Shown piece after piece: positions 1 to 9,886 of a stretch of DNA of 42,201 nt. Source of the DNA: Candidatus Woesebacteria bacterium GW2011_GWF1_31_35. Its GTDB lineage: Bacteria > Patescibacteriota > Microgenomatia > UBA8517. Position 1 is the first letter of the stretch. The number at the start of each line of letters is the position of its first letter. A model generated the notes under the pieces. The model was not told where the DNA came from and searched no databases. It saw only the letters and a list, made by a program, of their open reading frames with translations. The translations under genes and the position numbers were made by a program. The DNA lies in contig CP011214.1 of NCBI GenBank assembly GCA_001029755.1, positions 777,258 to 819,458 of the forward strand, read 5' to 3'.

Positions 1-14
1 CTAAGATAAGAATA

Positions 15-947
15 CTAAAGATTAGTAAGTATTTCTTCATATTTTTTAGTAATTTTGTCCCAATCAAATTTTTCTGCTTGTTTCCTTGGTTTATCTTCCC
101 AATTTAAACTTAAGGCTTTTTCTAATTCTTTTGAATAACTATCGATATCCTCAGGGTCAGCAAATAAACCTGCATCACCACTAATTTCTTTTCTTATTGG
201 ATCATTAGTAACTACAACTGGTAAGTTAGTAGCCATTGCTTCAACTATTACATTCCCAAAAGATTCAGTTGGAGTAGAGGCAAGAGTAAACAGATTAACA
301 GATCTATAAACCTCAGGCATTTTTTCATATGGCATTTCAATAATTTGAAACCTATTAGAACCTAATAATTTATTACCTTTAATTTCAAGTTCATCTTTTA
401 AGTTTCCCCCACCTCCAGCAATAATTAAACTTACATTATCTAATTTTGAAACAGCATCAATTACCAAACCATGTCTTTTTTGTTCTGTAAAAGCTCCAAC
501 AGATAAAATAATTGGGCTTTTAAGATTAGTTTTAAATTTTTCTCCTTCTGGTTTAAATTTATTTATGTCAACTCCATTCGGAATATAAACAAGTTTTACA
601 AAAGGATTTACCTTTCTAGCCCAATTTAGGGCTTTTGAAGATAAAGCTACAAAATAATTTGGAAATGTACAAAGATTTATTCTATCATCTAATCCCTTTC
701 CGGATTGACCAGAGATAACAACTTTCGATCTTTTAAGCCAAGTTATAATTCTTACTAAAATAGCTTGTAATCTACCATTAGTTGGAATTATTAAATCGTA
801 ATCATTTTTTAACAAACTAAAATAGTTAACATCAGAAATAACATCAACTTTATGATTTTTAGAAAATCTTTTAGAAAGTTCTAATACGTAAGTTTCAGCA
901 CCTCTATTAACTTTGTTTTGGTATTTATTTAAAAATGCAATTTTCAT
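15..947 (-). CDS. Glycosyltransferase family 4-like (GT-B fold, retaining type)
   Basis: Intact 310-aa ORF. C-terminal ESFGNVIVEAMATNLPVVVT carries the E-x7-E signature of GT4 enzymes. The N-terminal MKIAFLN...RGAETYV is typical of a GT-B start. Confidence 0.75.
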   Translation of the reverse strand: MKIAFLNKYQNKVNRGAETYVLELSKRFSKNHKVDVISDVNYFSLLKNDYDLIIPTNGRLQAILVRIITWLKRSKVVISGQSGKGLDDRINLCTFPNYFVALSSKALNWARKVNPFVKLVYIPNGVDINKFKPEGEKFKTNLKSPIILSVGAFTEQKRHGLVIDAVSKLDNVSLIIAGGGGNLKDELEIKGNKLLGSNRFQIIEMPYEKMPEVYRSVNLFTLASTPTESFGNVIVEAMATNLPVVVTNDPIRKEISGDAGLFADPEDIDSYSKELEKALSLNWEDKPRKQAEKFDWDKITKKYEEILTNL

Positions 948-955
948 TAATTAAT

Positions 956-2215
956 TTAATTATTCTTACTACAAATTGAAACCCTTTCAGACATTTCTAC
1001 ACAATTATAAAATCTTTCTAAAAATACTTTCATCTCTTCCCAATTATAATCAGGTTTTGTACCAACTACTATTTGTTCTGGCATTTTTGTCTTTATATCA
1101 GAAAATATCTCTTCTTTAACATCTGGAACACTAAGGTACCAAGATAAATATGGGATCCATGGTTTAGTAACTGGCATTGAATCAGTTAATGCATAAATGT
1201 TGTCCCAATAATTTAGAACGAATATGTCATTATGGTTTGGGTTTAATATATTTAATTCAGTAGCCACATCTTTTACATCTTGCTCATAGAAACGAACTTC
1301 TCCACCCAAGTTTCGAGATAAAAACCTAATAAAGATTACCACAACGATTAAAATATAAAATAAAATTAATAATTTTTTAAATTTATCAGTTTTAAAAGAA
1401 AAACTTTTTAGGTTTGCTAAGGCTAATGCAAAAGAGATTGATAAAAAAGGAAGTGCTGGTTGAAAATGGAATAGACCCCACCTAGGATAAACCCCCATTA
1501 ACCCAGAGACTATCCAGGGAATAAGTGTCGGAGAAAAAATAGAAATGGTAAAAGGTAAAAATGCTAATCCAAGTTGTCTCAATGTAGGTAATACTACCTG
1601 GCCAGAAGCAGTGGGCAAATAAAACACACCAAACTTAATAGCCCAGAAATAAAAATCAGCTAAAATTCCAAAAGATAAGAGGGATAAAACAAACACAGTA
1701 AGTACTGCAACTAAACCAATCATAAATTTCTTAATAATTGGTACTAGATTTTTTTTGTTTTTAATATTTAGTAAAATCAGGGGAATTAAAAAATAAATAA
1801 ATGTTTGTTTTGTCAAAAAACCCAATGCAAACATAATTCCAGTTAATAAATACTTTTTTTTATTTATTAAATAGAAAAGTAATAATGCAAAAGGTACCAG
1901 TGCTAAATCGAACCAGAGACCATTACCTTCAAAGAGAAGTTGTATCGGAATGTAAAAGGCTAAAGCCAGAATTGCAGCATTTTTGTTGTAAATCTTTTTA
2001 GTAACCCAGAATAACAAATAATAATTAACTATTATTAAGGCCCAAGTAAAAATCTGTAGTTGGGTAATTCCAGTTCCAAACAATTTATAGAATAAAGTTA
2101 AAACAATAATTAACAAAGGATTATGGGCAATTGCTATGTCTTTATATGGAAGCCATCCATTTAAAATAAAATATGGCCAAGCAAGCATTTCGGGCCAAGC
2201 TGTAAACATTAACAT
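956..2215 (-). CDS. Polytopic membrane protein, GT-C-fold glycosyltransferase-like (PMT_2/ArnT type)
   Basis: 419 aa with many hydrophobic segments. Early-loop acidic motif PYKDIAIAHNP. The LGFLTKQTF motif recurs in paralogs across the window. About 110 aa of soluble C-terminal domain. Confidence 0.55.
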   Translation of the reverse strand: MLMFTAWPEMLAWPYFILNGWLPYKDIAIAHNPLLIIVLTLFYKLFGTGITQLQIFTWALIIVNYYLLFWVTKKIYNKNAAILALAFYIPIQLLFEGNGLWFDLALVPFALLLFYLINKKKYLLTGIMFALGFLTKQTFIYFLIPLILLNIKNKKNLVPIIKKFMIGLVAVLTVFVLSLLSFGILADFYFWAIKFGVFYLPTASGQVVLPTLRQLGLAFLPFTISIFSPTLIPWIVSGLMGVYPRWGLFHFQPALPFLSISFALALANLKSFSFKTDKFKKLLILFYILIVVVIFIRFLSRNLGGEVRFYEQDVKDVATELNILNPNHNDIFVLNYWDNIYALTDSMPVTKPWIPYLSWYLSVPDVKEEIFSDIKTKMPEQIVVGTKPDYNWEEMKVFLERFYNCVEMSERVSICSKNN

Positions 2216-2225
2216 AAATATAATT

Positions 2226-3467
2226 TTATCTTTTTTCTACCTCAATTGTATTATCACCCTTATTGTAGACGAAACTGTATTTTGAAGCTATTGTTTTATT
2301 GATAAATAAATCAATGGTTCCTGACTCTAACATTAAATTAGCATCTCTTTCTAAACTAATATCAGATATATTAATCTTTTTAATTTCGGGGTTAACATTA
2401 ATGTTTCCTTCTACACGAGAAACAACATTAAACATAGATACCTTTTGCCAATTAGGAAACTCCTGCCATGCAATTTTAGGTAAAATACTTCTTCCTCCAA
2501 ATATAAAAAGAATAAGAATATAAATTATTGATGTTTTTATATTCAACTTAGGTAAAAACATAGATAAATATATTAATAAATATCCGAAAGGCATATAAAT
2601 GTAATACATTTCTCTTCTATTAACCAAAAGTGACGCAGGTATTAATGTAATTAAACCAACAAGTAAAAGTGGCAAGTATTTATACTTTTTAGTAAGAATC
2701 GGAAGTAAAATTAAAAGAATTAATATTTTTATATCTACAAAATATAAAAATCCCCTAAACAAATCAACTACTTTAGAAGCTACTGTATATGAAAAGTTTG
2801 GTGTAAGTACCTTTTGTGTAATAAAAAAGTAACTGGCATAGATCCCATATAAAACTGAAATTCTAAATAAGTAATAGATCTTTTTTCTATCTAGCTTCTT
2901 GAAAAATGATATTGCAAAAAGAACCAAAGGAACTGTAAATGCAGTTTCTTTTGTAAAAAGGGCCAATATAAATGAAATAACACTTAAGTAGAATTTTTTA
3001 GGATAAGTTAAAAATAAGTAGATTGTTAAAAAACAAAACAGAGCAACTAAGTGTTCATGTATATTTGAATAATAGAAAAGATAATTTTTATTAAATATTA
3101 ATGATACAAAGAAAGCTGTAAAATCATTTTTAGTTAATTTTTTAACAATTAAAAATAAAATAATTAAATTAATAGTATTTGTTAAAAACATAAAAACATC
3201 AAACGCGTAGTTATTAGTACCAAATATTTTAAAAAGTGAACCAAAAAAAACGAAACCTGTTAATTTTCTAAAACCAAAAACATCTCCATTTATTAAAAAA
3301 TCAAAAGACATCTGTAAAATATTATGATTCTTTAAATAGGCTAAGACTGCGAAATCATCAACTGAAAAATAAGAGTTGGTTCTTAATCCAAAAATTAAAT
3401 ATCCCAAACTTAGAATAATAAGAGGAATAATAAATAAATATACCGAATTAAAGTATTTCTTAAACAT
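2226..3467 (-). CDS. Polytopic membrane protein, GT-C-fold glycosyltransferase-like
   Basis: 413 aa. TM1 is followed by YFSVDDFAVLAY (DD motif in the first loop). ALFTKETAF motif. Soluble C-terminal tail. The start ATG overlaps the upstream stop by 1 nt (TAATG on the minus strand). Confidence 0.55.
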   Translation of the reverse strand: MFKKYFNSVYLFIIPLIILSLGYLIFGLRTNSYFSVDDFAVLAYLKNHNILQMSFDFLINGDVFGFRKLTGFVFFGSLFKIFGTNNYAFDVFMFLTNTINLIILFLIVKKLTKNDFTAFFVSLIFNKNYLFYYSNIHEHLVALFCFLTIYLFLTYPKKFYLSVISFILALFTKETAFTVPLVLFAISFFKKLDRKKIYYLFRISVLYGIYASYFFITQKVLTPNFSYTVASKVVDLFRGFLYFVDIKILILLILLPILTKKYKYLPLLLVGLITLIPASLLVNRREMYYIYMPFGYLLIYLSMFLPKLNIKTSIIYILILFIFGGRSILPKIAWQEFPNWQKVSMFNVVSRVEGNINVNPEIKKINISDISLERDANLMLESGTIDLFINKTIASKYSFVYNKGDNTIEVEKR

Positions 3468-4303
3468 TAATAACCTACCTTGCTAAAAATTCTCCTGTTG
3501 ATTTTTCGAAATGGAGTTTCAACAACTGCTCTTGAAATATATTTAAATGATTTAGTTTTCCATGGAGAAGAAATAAACCCAGGTTTTCCTTTAAATAGAC
3601 TTTCAGGATAATAGAAATCAAGTGGAAATTTTTCTCCAAGTTCATATTTAAATTTAAGTTTTCTTTTTGGAACATTTAGATCATCAATTCTTCTTTCCCC
3701 TCTTGGAAGAAATGTTGTGTGTAAATATGGTGTATCTAATAATAATTGTTTATCTTCGTCTCTATCCTGTATCATTTGGTTTTCATCATCTACCCAACCC
3801 CAAACACCATGGACTCCTTGAGAATGTAATCCTGAAATTTTTTTGTTTATTGCCCTTAGGTTAAAATGTCCTGTTTTACCTTTAAACGTATACTTTCCAG
3901 CTTTTCCTTCTTGAAAATGAAAAATATCACCTACTAAATTTATTGTTGGAACAATTATAGATTCATGTTGGTCATTATCATTTCTAATTGTTTCAGTTAG
4001 TTTAATAATTTTTTCATCCCACCAAATTTCGTCAGCATCAACTACTAAAAACCAGTCAGAAGAGGTAGCATCAAGCATTTCTTGTCTTACTTTTGTAAAA
4101 GTCTTTGAAGTTACCTCTCCATACTCTTTAAGTTCAATTTTAGTAGGATATTTATTTTTAAGTAATGTTGCTATTTCCCAAGACCTATCAGTTGATCCAG
4201 TATCCCAAAGTAAAAGTTTATCAACATGGTTAATTACAGAAGTTACAGAATACCAAAGCCATCTTTCTTCGTTTTTGAATAAAGTATGAGCAAATATTTT
4301 CAT
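3467..4303 (-). CDS. Glycosyltransferase family 2-like (GT-A fold)
   Basis: 278 aa. N-terminal beta-strand followed by LLLWDTGSTDRS. The VVDADEIW acidic motif sits at the DxD position. No TM segments. Confidence 0.65.
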   Translation of the reverse strand: MKIFAHTLFKNEERWLWYSVTSVINHVDKLLLWDTGSTDRSWEIATLLKNKYPTKIELKEYGEVTSKTFTKVRQEMLDATSSDWFLVVDADEIWWDEKIIKLTETIRNDNDQHESIIVPTINLVGDIFHFQEGKAGKYTFKGKTGHFNLRAINKKISGLHSQGVHGVWGWVDDENQMIQDRDEDKQLLLDTPYLHTTFLPRGERRIDDLNVPKRKLKFKYELGEKFPLDFYYPESLFKGKPGFISSPWKTKSFKYISRAVVETPFRKINRRIFSKVGY

Positions 4304-4348
4304 ACTCTTCTATTTTAAACTATTTGGATTAAAATATTCATTATTAAT
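4304..4348. promoter_or_regulatory. 45-nt divergent intergenic region (GT2 block / asnB)
   Basis: Inferred only from divergent gene arrangement. It must hold two promoters in 45 nt, which implies very short or absent leaders. Confidence 0.25.
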
Positions 4349-6178
4349 ATGTGTGGAATCGCAGGGATAGCCTATTTTAATAATAAAAGAGAGGTTCATC
4401 TCCAAGAACTTAAATGTATGTCTGCTAAAATTGCCCACAGGGGTCCAGACGATGAGGGATTTTATATATCAAGAGATAGAAGTGTTGGATTAAACAATAG
4501 AAGACTTGCCATAATTGATCTTTCCAAAAAAGGTCATCAGCCAATGAAATATCAAAATCGCTTCGTAATTACTTTTAATGGAGAAATATATAACTACAAA
4601 GAATTAAAATTAAAACTTGAAAGGGAAGGCTATAAATTTAATTCAGACTCAGATACAGAAGTAATCTTAGCTTTATATGCAAAATACAAACAAGGATGTT
4701 TAAGATATTTAAGAGGTATGTTTGCATTTGCTATATATGATGAAATTGAAAAAACATTATTTCTAGCAAGAGACAGAATTGGTAAAAAACCCCTTAAATA
4801 CTCTTTAAATGAAAATGGAATTGTATTTGCATCAGAAATTAAAGCTATTCTAACCTACAAAAATATTAAAAAAGAAATAGATTATCTTTCATTACAAAAA
4901 TATTTTCTCTATGGTTATGTTCCTGCCCCTATGACAGGTTTTAAAAATATTAATAAATTAGAGCCAGGAAGTTATATATTTATGAATCTTAATAAAAAAA
5001 CCTACACTAAGAAAAGATATTGGCAACCAAGATTTAATAAAAAACTACAGTTATCTGAAAAAGAATGGTCTAGAAAAATTTTAGATACCCTAGAAGATTC
5101 TACAAAATTAAGAATGATATCTGACGTTCCAATAGGTGCTTTTCTATCAGGTGGGGTTGATTCAAGTGCTGTAGTTTCCATGATGGCTTTAAACTCCAAA
5201 AATCCTATAAAAACTTTTACCGTAACTTTTGAAAATCCAAAATATAATGAGAAAAAGTATGCCGACTTAATTGTCAAAAGATATAAAACAGACCACACTG
5301 AAATACTTGCAAAACCAACTTCTATTTCTAACTTACCTGAAATTGCCTATCAGTATGAAGAACCATTTGCAGACAATAGTTCTGTTGTATCTTTTATGGT
5401 TTCTAAAGAAGCAAGAAAACATGTAACTGTTACCTTAAATGGAGATGGAGGAGATGAAAATTTTGCAGGATATCCAAATCGTTATTTAAGACTTAAAAGA
5501 GATGTTGATTATGCTAAATGGATATCTAAGTTAAAACCCTTGACAGTATTAAAGATAAAAAGAGTTTCAAACTTTTTAGATAAATCAAAACTACCTTTAT
5601 ATGAAAGATTCACAAGTTATAGTCAAATTTTTTCTTTAAATGAAATTTTTACACTAACCAAAGGTGAACTTAAAGATACATTAACTTCAAAATGTTTATA
5701 TTCAAAAGCTAGAGAATGTTTTGAAAATTTTAAAGGTAGGGATTTAAAAGATGCAGGTTTAAAATTTGATTTACTTTATTTTTTGCCTGATCAGTTATTA
5801 ACAAAAATGGATATTGCTAGTATGAGATATTCTCTAGAAACAAGATCCCCCCTCTTAGATCAAAAGTTAATCGAACTTGCTTGCAAAATCCCTTTTAGTT
5901 TAAAAGTTAAAAACGGACAAACTAAATATATTTTTAAAAAAGCATTAGAAAAAATTGTGCCAAAAGAAAACCTATATAGACCCAAAATGGGTTTTACAAT
6001 TCCCCTCGAAGATTGGTTTAAGGGAGACATAAATTCATATACTAAAAGTGTACTTTTCTCCCAAAAAACAATTTTGAAGAATTTTTTTGATATAAGTAAA
6101 TTAAAAAATCAAAAGTTTAGCCAAAAGACTTGGTCACTGATAATGTTGGAGCTATGGTTAGAAGCATACTTAAAATAA
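4349..6178 (+). CDS. asnB: Asparagine synthase (glutamine-hydrolysing) family amidotransferase; probably a sugar or glycan amidotransferase in this context
   Basis: 609 aa. MCGIAGI start gives the Cys2 Ntn nucleophile. Also RRLAIIDLS, FNGEIYNY, SDTEVIL and the PP-loop FLSGGVDSS. Confidence 0.85.
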   Translation: MCGIAGIAYFNNKREVHLQELKCMSAKIAHRGPDDEGFYISRDRSVGLNNRRLAIIDLSKKGHQPMKYQNRFVITFNGEIYNYKELKLKLEREGYKFNSDSDTEVILALYAKYKQGCLRYLRGMFAFAIYDEIEKTLFLARDRIGKKPLKYSLNENGIVFASEIKAILTYKNIKKEIDYLSLQKYFLYGYVPAPMTGFKNINKLEPGSYIFMNLNKKTYTKKRYWQPRFNKKLQLSEKEWSRKILDTLEDSTKLRMISDVPIGAFLSGGVDSSAVVSMMALNSKNPIKTFTVTFENPKYNEKKYADLIVKRYKTDHTEILAKPTSISNLPEIAYQYEEPFADNSSVVSFMVSKEARKHVTVTLNGDGGDENFAGYPNRYLRLKRDVDYAKWISKLKPLTVLKIKRVSNFLDKSKLPLYERFTSYSQIFSLNEIFTLTKGELKDTLTSKCLYSKARECFENFKGRDLKDAGLKFDLLYFLPDQLLTKMDIASMRYSLETRSPLLDQKLIELACKIPFSLKVKNGQTKYIFKKALEKIVPKENLYRPKMGFTIPLEDWFKGDINSYTKSVLFSQKTILKNFFDISKLKNQKFSQKTWSLIMLELWLEAYLK

Positions 6179-6183
6179 ACTAG

Positions 6184-7488
6184 TTATTTATCAAACCAAT
6201 AATATTTAATTACAATTAGCCAAGTATAAATAGCTAAAATTGTATTAGTAATTCCAAATGTTAAAGTTGGACCTATTGGGCCATATTTGGGAATAAAATA
6301 AAGATTAAGTAAAAATATTGCAGCAAGCTGGAAAAAACTAAAAGCTCCTATATAAACAGTTTTCTTCATAGCATATACAATTGCAGTAACAGATGGAGCT
6401 GTAAAAATAAATGGAATCATTGAAATAGTTAATGCTTGAAAAATTGGAACAGCACTTAAGTATTTATCTCCAAACAGAATGACAATAAAAGGTTTAGCTA
6501 TAACAACCCAAAGAACTAATCCAGCAATTATTGGAATTAAGGCAAGAGTTGCTTTAATAATATATTTTTTCTCCTGATCCTTATTATTAAAGCTAGCAAG
6601 TCTTGGAGCTAACACCCCTGAAAAACTTGATGTTAAAACAATTACAAAACCTGCAAGCCTATTGGGTATTGAATAAAGACCTGTAGCAACAGCTCCAGTC
6701 ATTACTGCAAGCATTTGAATATCAAGTCTTCCTGAAATAGATGAAATTATTCTATTTACTCCAATCCAACCTGAATATTTAATAAGTTTTTTATATGTTT
6801 CCCTAGTTGGTTTTGATTTTAGAAAATCTGGCTTTATTAAAATAATTCCCACTATTGTTCCTACAATTCCACCTAAAACAAACGATATTAGGGAGTTACC
6901 TATTGTAAGCCTTGCTAGAAACATAAAAACAAAAGCAAATCCAAGACGAGACAAGTAAAGTAGGTTATCAGCAATTATAGAATTCAAAAATTTCTTTTTG
7001 GCTTGAAGAATAAAAGGAACTAACATTGGGAGAGCAAGAGATAAAGTAACTACACCAGTTAAAATTGCAACCATAGGGTCATTGGTTGCCAAAAATTTAA
7101 CTGAAACAAACTTTGAAAAAATAATTACTAATAATGAAACTATCAGTGTAACGATTAAACGGATAACTGAAGATGCTTTAATATATTCTTTCGATAATTC
7201 AATTTTTCCACTTGCATCAGCTTCAGCTACAAAACTTACGGCTCCAGTTGAAATTCCCAAATCGGTAATTGACGTTAAGATAATTACTAAATTAACAGCT
7301 GCTGAAAAAATACCAAAATCATAAATAGAAAGTGCCCTCGCAATTATTAAAGTATAAACAAAACCTAAAAATGCAGAAAGCACATTTCCTCCAAAAAGAA
7401 TATAGGTATCTTTGGCCGTTGAAGAAAAAACCAACAGTTTTGCTTTATTTATATATTTTTTCATTAGTTTATTTATTAGTAAAACCAT
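6184..7488 (-). CDS. wzx: MOP-superfamily oligosaccharide/polysaccharide flippase (Wzx-like)
   Basis: 434 aa, about 12 hydrophobic helices. The N-terminus (AKDTYILFGGNVLSAFLGFVYTLIIARALSIYDFG) is typical of Polysacc_synt proteins. An alternative ATG at 7464 (MKKYINK) would remove the 20-nt overlap with the upstream gene. Confidence 0.65.
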   Translation of the reverse strand: MVLLINKLMKKYINKAKLLVFSSTAKDTYILFGGNVLSAFLGFVYTLIIARALSIYDFGIFSAAVNLVIILTSITDLGISTGAVSFVAEADASGKIELSKEYIKASSVIRLIVTLIVSLLVIIFSKFVSVKFLATNDPMVAILTGVVTLSLALPMLVPFILQAKKKFLNSIIADNLLYLSRLGFAFVFMFLARLTIGNSLISFVLGGIVGTIVGIILIKPDFLKSKPTRETYKKLIKYSGWIGVNRIISSISGRLDIQMLAVMTGAVATGLYSIPNRLAGFVIVLTSSFSGVLAPRLASFNNKDQEKKYIIKATLALIPIIAGLVLWVVIAKPFIVILFGDKYLSAVPIFQALTISMIPFIFTAPSVTAIVYAMKKTVYIGAFSFFQLAAIFLLNLYFIPKYGPIGPTLTFGITNTILAIYTWLIVIKYYWFDK

Positions 7489-8224
7489 AACCCTTCTTTA
7501 AGAAAAACTTAGCAATTTCTTTTAAATAAAAATATGGATTATCAAGATATACAGCGACAGGTCCAGTTCTTTTTAATTTTGATTTGTTTCTTTTAACAAA
7601 ATCTCTATATTTCGTAATTATAATTCTAAAATCCAAGTCATTAATTTCATTCCATTTAATTTCTTTCTCCCAATAATATTCAAACTCTTCTTCTCCAATC
7701 CAGTTTGAATATTGAAATTCACTACTGTATAAAAGTGGATAATTTTTTGGAATTATCTGCACGATCTCTTGTTTTTGGTAGAAAAGCCATTTATGATGGC
7801 TTATTCCAGGAACTCTCCTTATTCCTGTTAGCCAATTAGTTATATCAACATGAGAAAATATAATATCATTACCAAAAGATGGAGTTACTAAATATCCTCT
7901 TTTTGCTACTCTACTCATTTCTTTTAATGCTAAAAATGGATACAGTAGATCCTCTATAGTATGGGTGCAAATACAAAAATCAAATTCATTATCCTCAAAT
8001 GGAAATATATCAGTATTTAAATCTAATCGGACAAATTTCTTAGCATATAGTTTCTGACTGCCCATATGAGACTCGCTTGGATGAAGAATATCAACTAAAG
8101 TGTCAATTTTAATATCAGTGTGTTGTTTCATACTTCCACCAACATCCAAAATCCTATCTTTAGGTTTAAGTTTAAACTTATTTATTATTTCTATATCTGT
8201 TAGGGCCATATTTTTATTTTTCAC
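7469..8224 (-). CDS. Class I SAM-dependent methyltransferase-like protein
   Basis: 251 aa. RILDVGGS at the motif I position; FDFCICTHTIEDLLYP and AKRGYLVTPS at post-I motifs. The annotated start is GTG; an ATG at 8209 (MALTD) is more likely. Confidence 0.5.
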   Translation of the reverse strand: MKNKNMALTDIEIINKFKLKPKDRILDVGGSMKQHTDIKIDTLVDILHPSESHMGSQKLYAKKFVRLDLNTDIFPFEDNEFDFCICTHTIEDLLYPFLALKEMSRVAKRGYLVTPSFGNDIIFSHVDITNWLTGIRRVPGISHHKWLFYQKQEIVQIIPKNYPLLYSSEFQYSNWIGEEEFEYYWEKEIKWNEINDLDFRIIITKYRDFVKRNKSKLKRTGPVAVYLDNPYFYLKEIAKFFLKKGYGFTNK

Positions 8225-8315
8225 ATTCTATTATATATGAATCAATCTAACCATTAAAATAATATAATTATATTATTAGCAATACTCATTACCCTTCTGT
8301 TATTATATATTCTAA
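8225..8315. promoter_or_regulatory. Divergent promoter region with duplicated TATTATATAT box
   Basis: 91-nt spacer. The 10-nt direct repeat TATTATATAT occurs at 8229-8238 and 8301-8310, each within 15 nt of a flanking annotated start. Confidence 0.3.
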
Positions 8316-9839
8316 ATGAAGATCTCATTAAGGTATAAGTTTTTTATACTTCTTTTAATAGCTTTTCTTCCCAGAATTGTGGGTTTAAGTAAACATAGTA
8401 TATTCGCTGATGAAGTCACCTGGATGGTAAGGGGAAAGGGGGTATACGCTGCCATTCACTCACGTATTTTTTACTATTTTGATAACGGTTGGTGGCTCGA
8501 CAAAACTACATCGGAACCAATAGGATTACCTATGTCTTTTTTGGGAGGAGTTGCAATGTCTTATTTGTCTCCTGGATATAGTAACTATTCATTAAATATA
8601 ACCAAAGATTTTATCGCTACACGTATACCTTCAGTATTTGTTGGTTCATTATTTGTACCAATATTCTACTTATTACTACGAAAACATATAGATGACAAAC
8701 TTGCTTTTATTACTTCACTTCTCATGTCTCTTGATCCTATATCAATTGCCTTAAGTCGATGGTTTCATCAAGACATGGCTTTAATGATCTTTTCAAGTCT
8801 TAGTCTTTTAACGTTTATATATAAAAAGAATAAAATTACTACAATAGTTTCTGCGTTTCTTGCAGCAATGGCCATACTTACAAAACCACAAGGGTTTCTT
8901 GTGCCAATAACATTGATTATTTTTTCTTGTGTCCAATTTTTAACAACAAAAAAAGTAAATATCAAAAAGTTCATTTTTTGGCTAATATTAACAAGTATTT
9001 TTATAGTTTTATTCTTCCCTTTTCTTTGGAACGAACCAATCAATGGAATAATTCAATATTTAGCAATTCAATACACTAATGCTGTAAACGGACAGATAAC
9101 ATTTTTTAACGGCAATATCACTACAAACCCACTATGGTATTATTATTTTGCAATTTTTCCATTTAGAATTCCTGAAAGTATTTTTATAGGTTTTATAATA
9201 GGATTTATATTGACACTTTTTGGTTTTAAAAAAGGTTTTATAAAAAATAGTTTTGTTCAAATAGCTTTAATATATTCAATTTTATTTATTACGGTCATTT
9301 CAATCTCTAGTAAAAAACTAGGAATAAGATATTTATTTGCTGTATGGCCGTACATTTATGTACTAGCCACATATGGTTTATTTAAGCTTTCAGATAAATT
9401 AAAGTGGATAAATAAAAAAATATTTTGGATTGTTGTGTTTGTGTTTCAAGTTTGGGGAATAGTTAAATTTTATCCATCTTATTATCTTTTCTACAATCAT
9501 TTCATTACCCCCCAAAAAATGCAAAATTTAGAATCAATTGCATTCTGCGACAGTGTAAAACCTGCCATAGAATATTTGGAGCCTAATTTATACCACGGAA
9601 TAATAATTATGCTTATGGGTTGTGATTCTACTATCAATTATTACACAGGGAATACTATTAAGAGTGTTTACAATGTAAACGATAATCCAAACTATATTAT
9701 TGAGGAAAATTATGACGCACAATTAAATCCTAATAGGGTTTTACAAATTGAAAACAGTGAATATAAAAAAATTAAAGAAATATATTTCAGAGGACTAATT
9801 ATTGCAAAGATATATCAAAAACCCTCAGATATTCAATAG
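8316..9839 (+). CDS. GT-C-fold glycosyltransferase-like membrane protein (GT39/GT83-like, PMT_2 type)
   Basis: 507 aa. TM1 then SIFADEVTWMVRG (DE motif in loop 1). AILTKPQGF motif. At least 10 hydrophobic helices and a soluble C-terminal domain. Confidence 0.65.
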   Translation: MKISLRYKFFILLLIAFLPRIVGLSKHSIFADEVTWMVRGKGVYAAIHSRIFYYFDNGWWLDKTTSEPIGLPMSFLGGVAMSYLSPGYSNYSLNITKDFIATRIPSVFVGSLFVPIFYLLLRKHIDDKLAFITSLLMSLDPISIALSRWFHQDMALMIFSSLSLLTFIYKKNKITTIVSAFLAAMAILTKPQGFLVPITLIIFSCVQFLTTKKVNIKKFIFWLILTSIFIVLFFPFLWNEPINGIIQYLAIQYTNAVNGQITFFNGNITTNPLWYYYFAIFPFRIPESIFIGFIIGFILTLFGFKKGFIKNSFVQIALIYSILFITVISISSKKLGIRYLFAVWPYIYVLATYGLFKLSDKLKWINKKIFWIVVFVFQVWGIVKFYPSYYLFYNHFITPQKMQNLESIAFCDSVKPAIEYLEPNLYHGIIIMLMGCDSTINYYTGNTIKSVYNVNDNPNYIIEENYDAQLNPNRVLQIENSEYKKIKEIYFRGLIIAKIYQKPSDIQ

Positions 9840-9886
9840 ATTTAGTGAACGAATATGGTAACTATCTGTAAACGCAGTATTTGTGG

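Noticed and set aside
956-3467. The adjacent GT-C genes at 956-2215 and 2226-3467 could be one gene split by a frameshift, that is, a pseudogene.
   Set aside because: Each ORF has its own acidic N-terminal motif, its own T-K motif and its own soluble C-terminal tail. A clean stop, a 10-nt spacer and an ATG separate them. They look like two complete paralogs in tandem.
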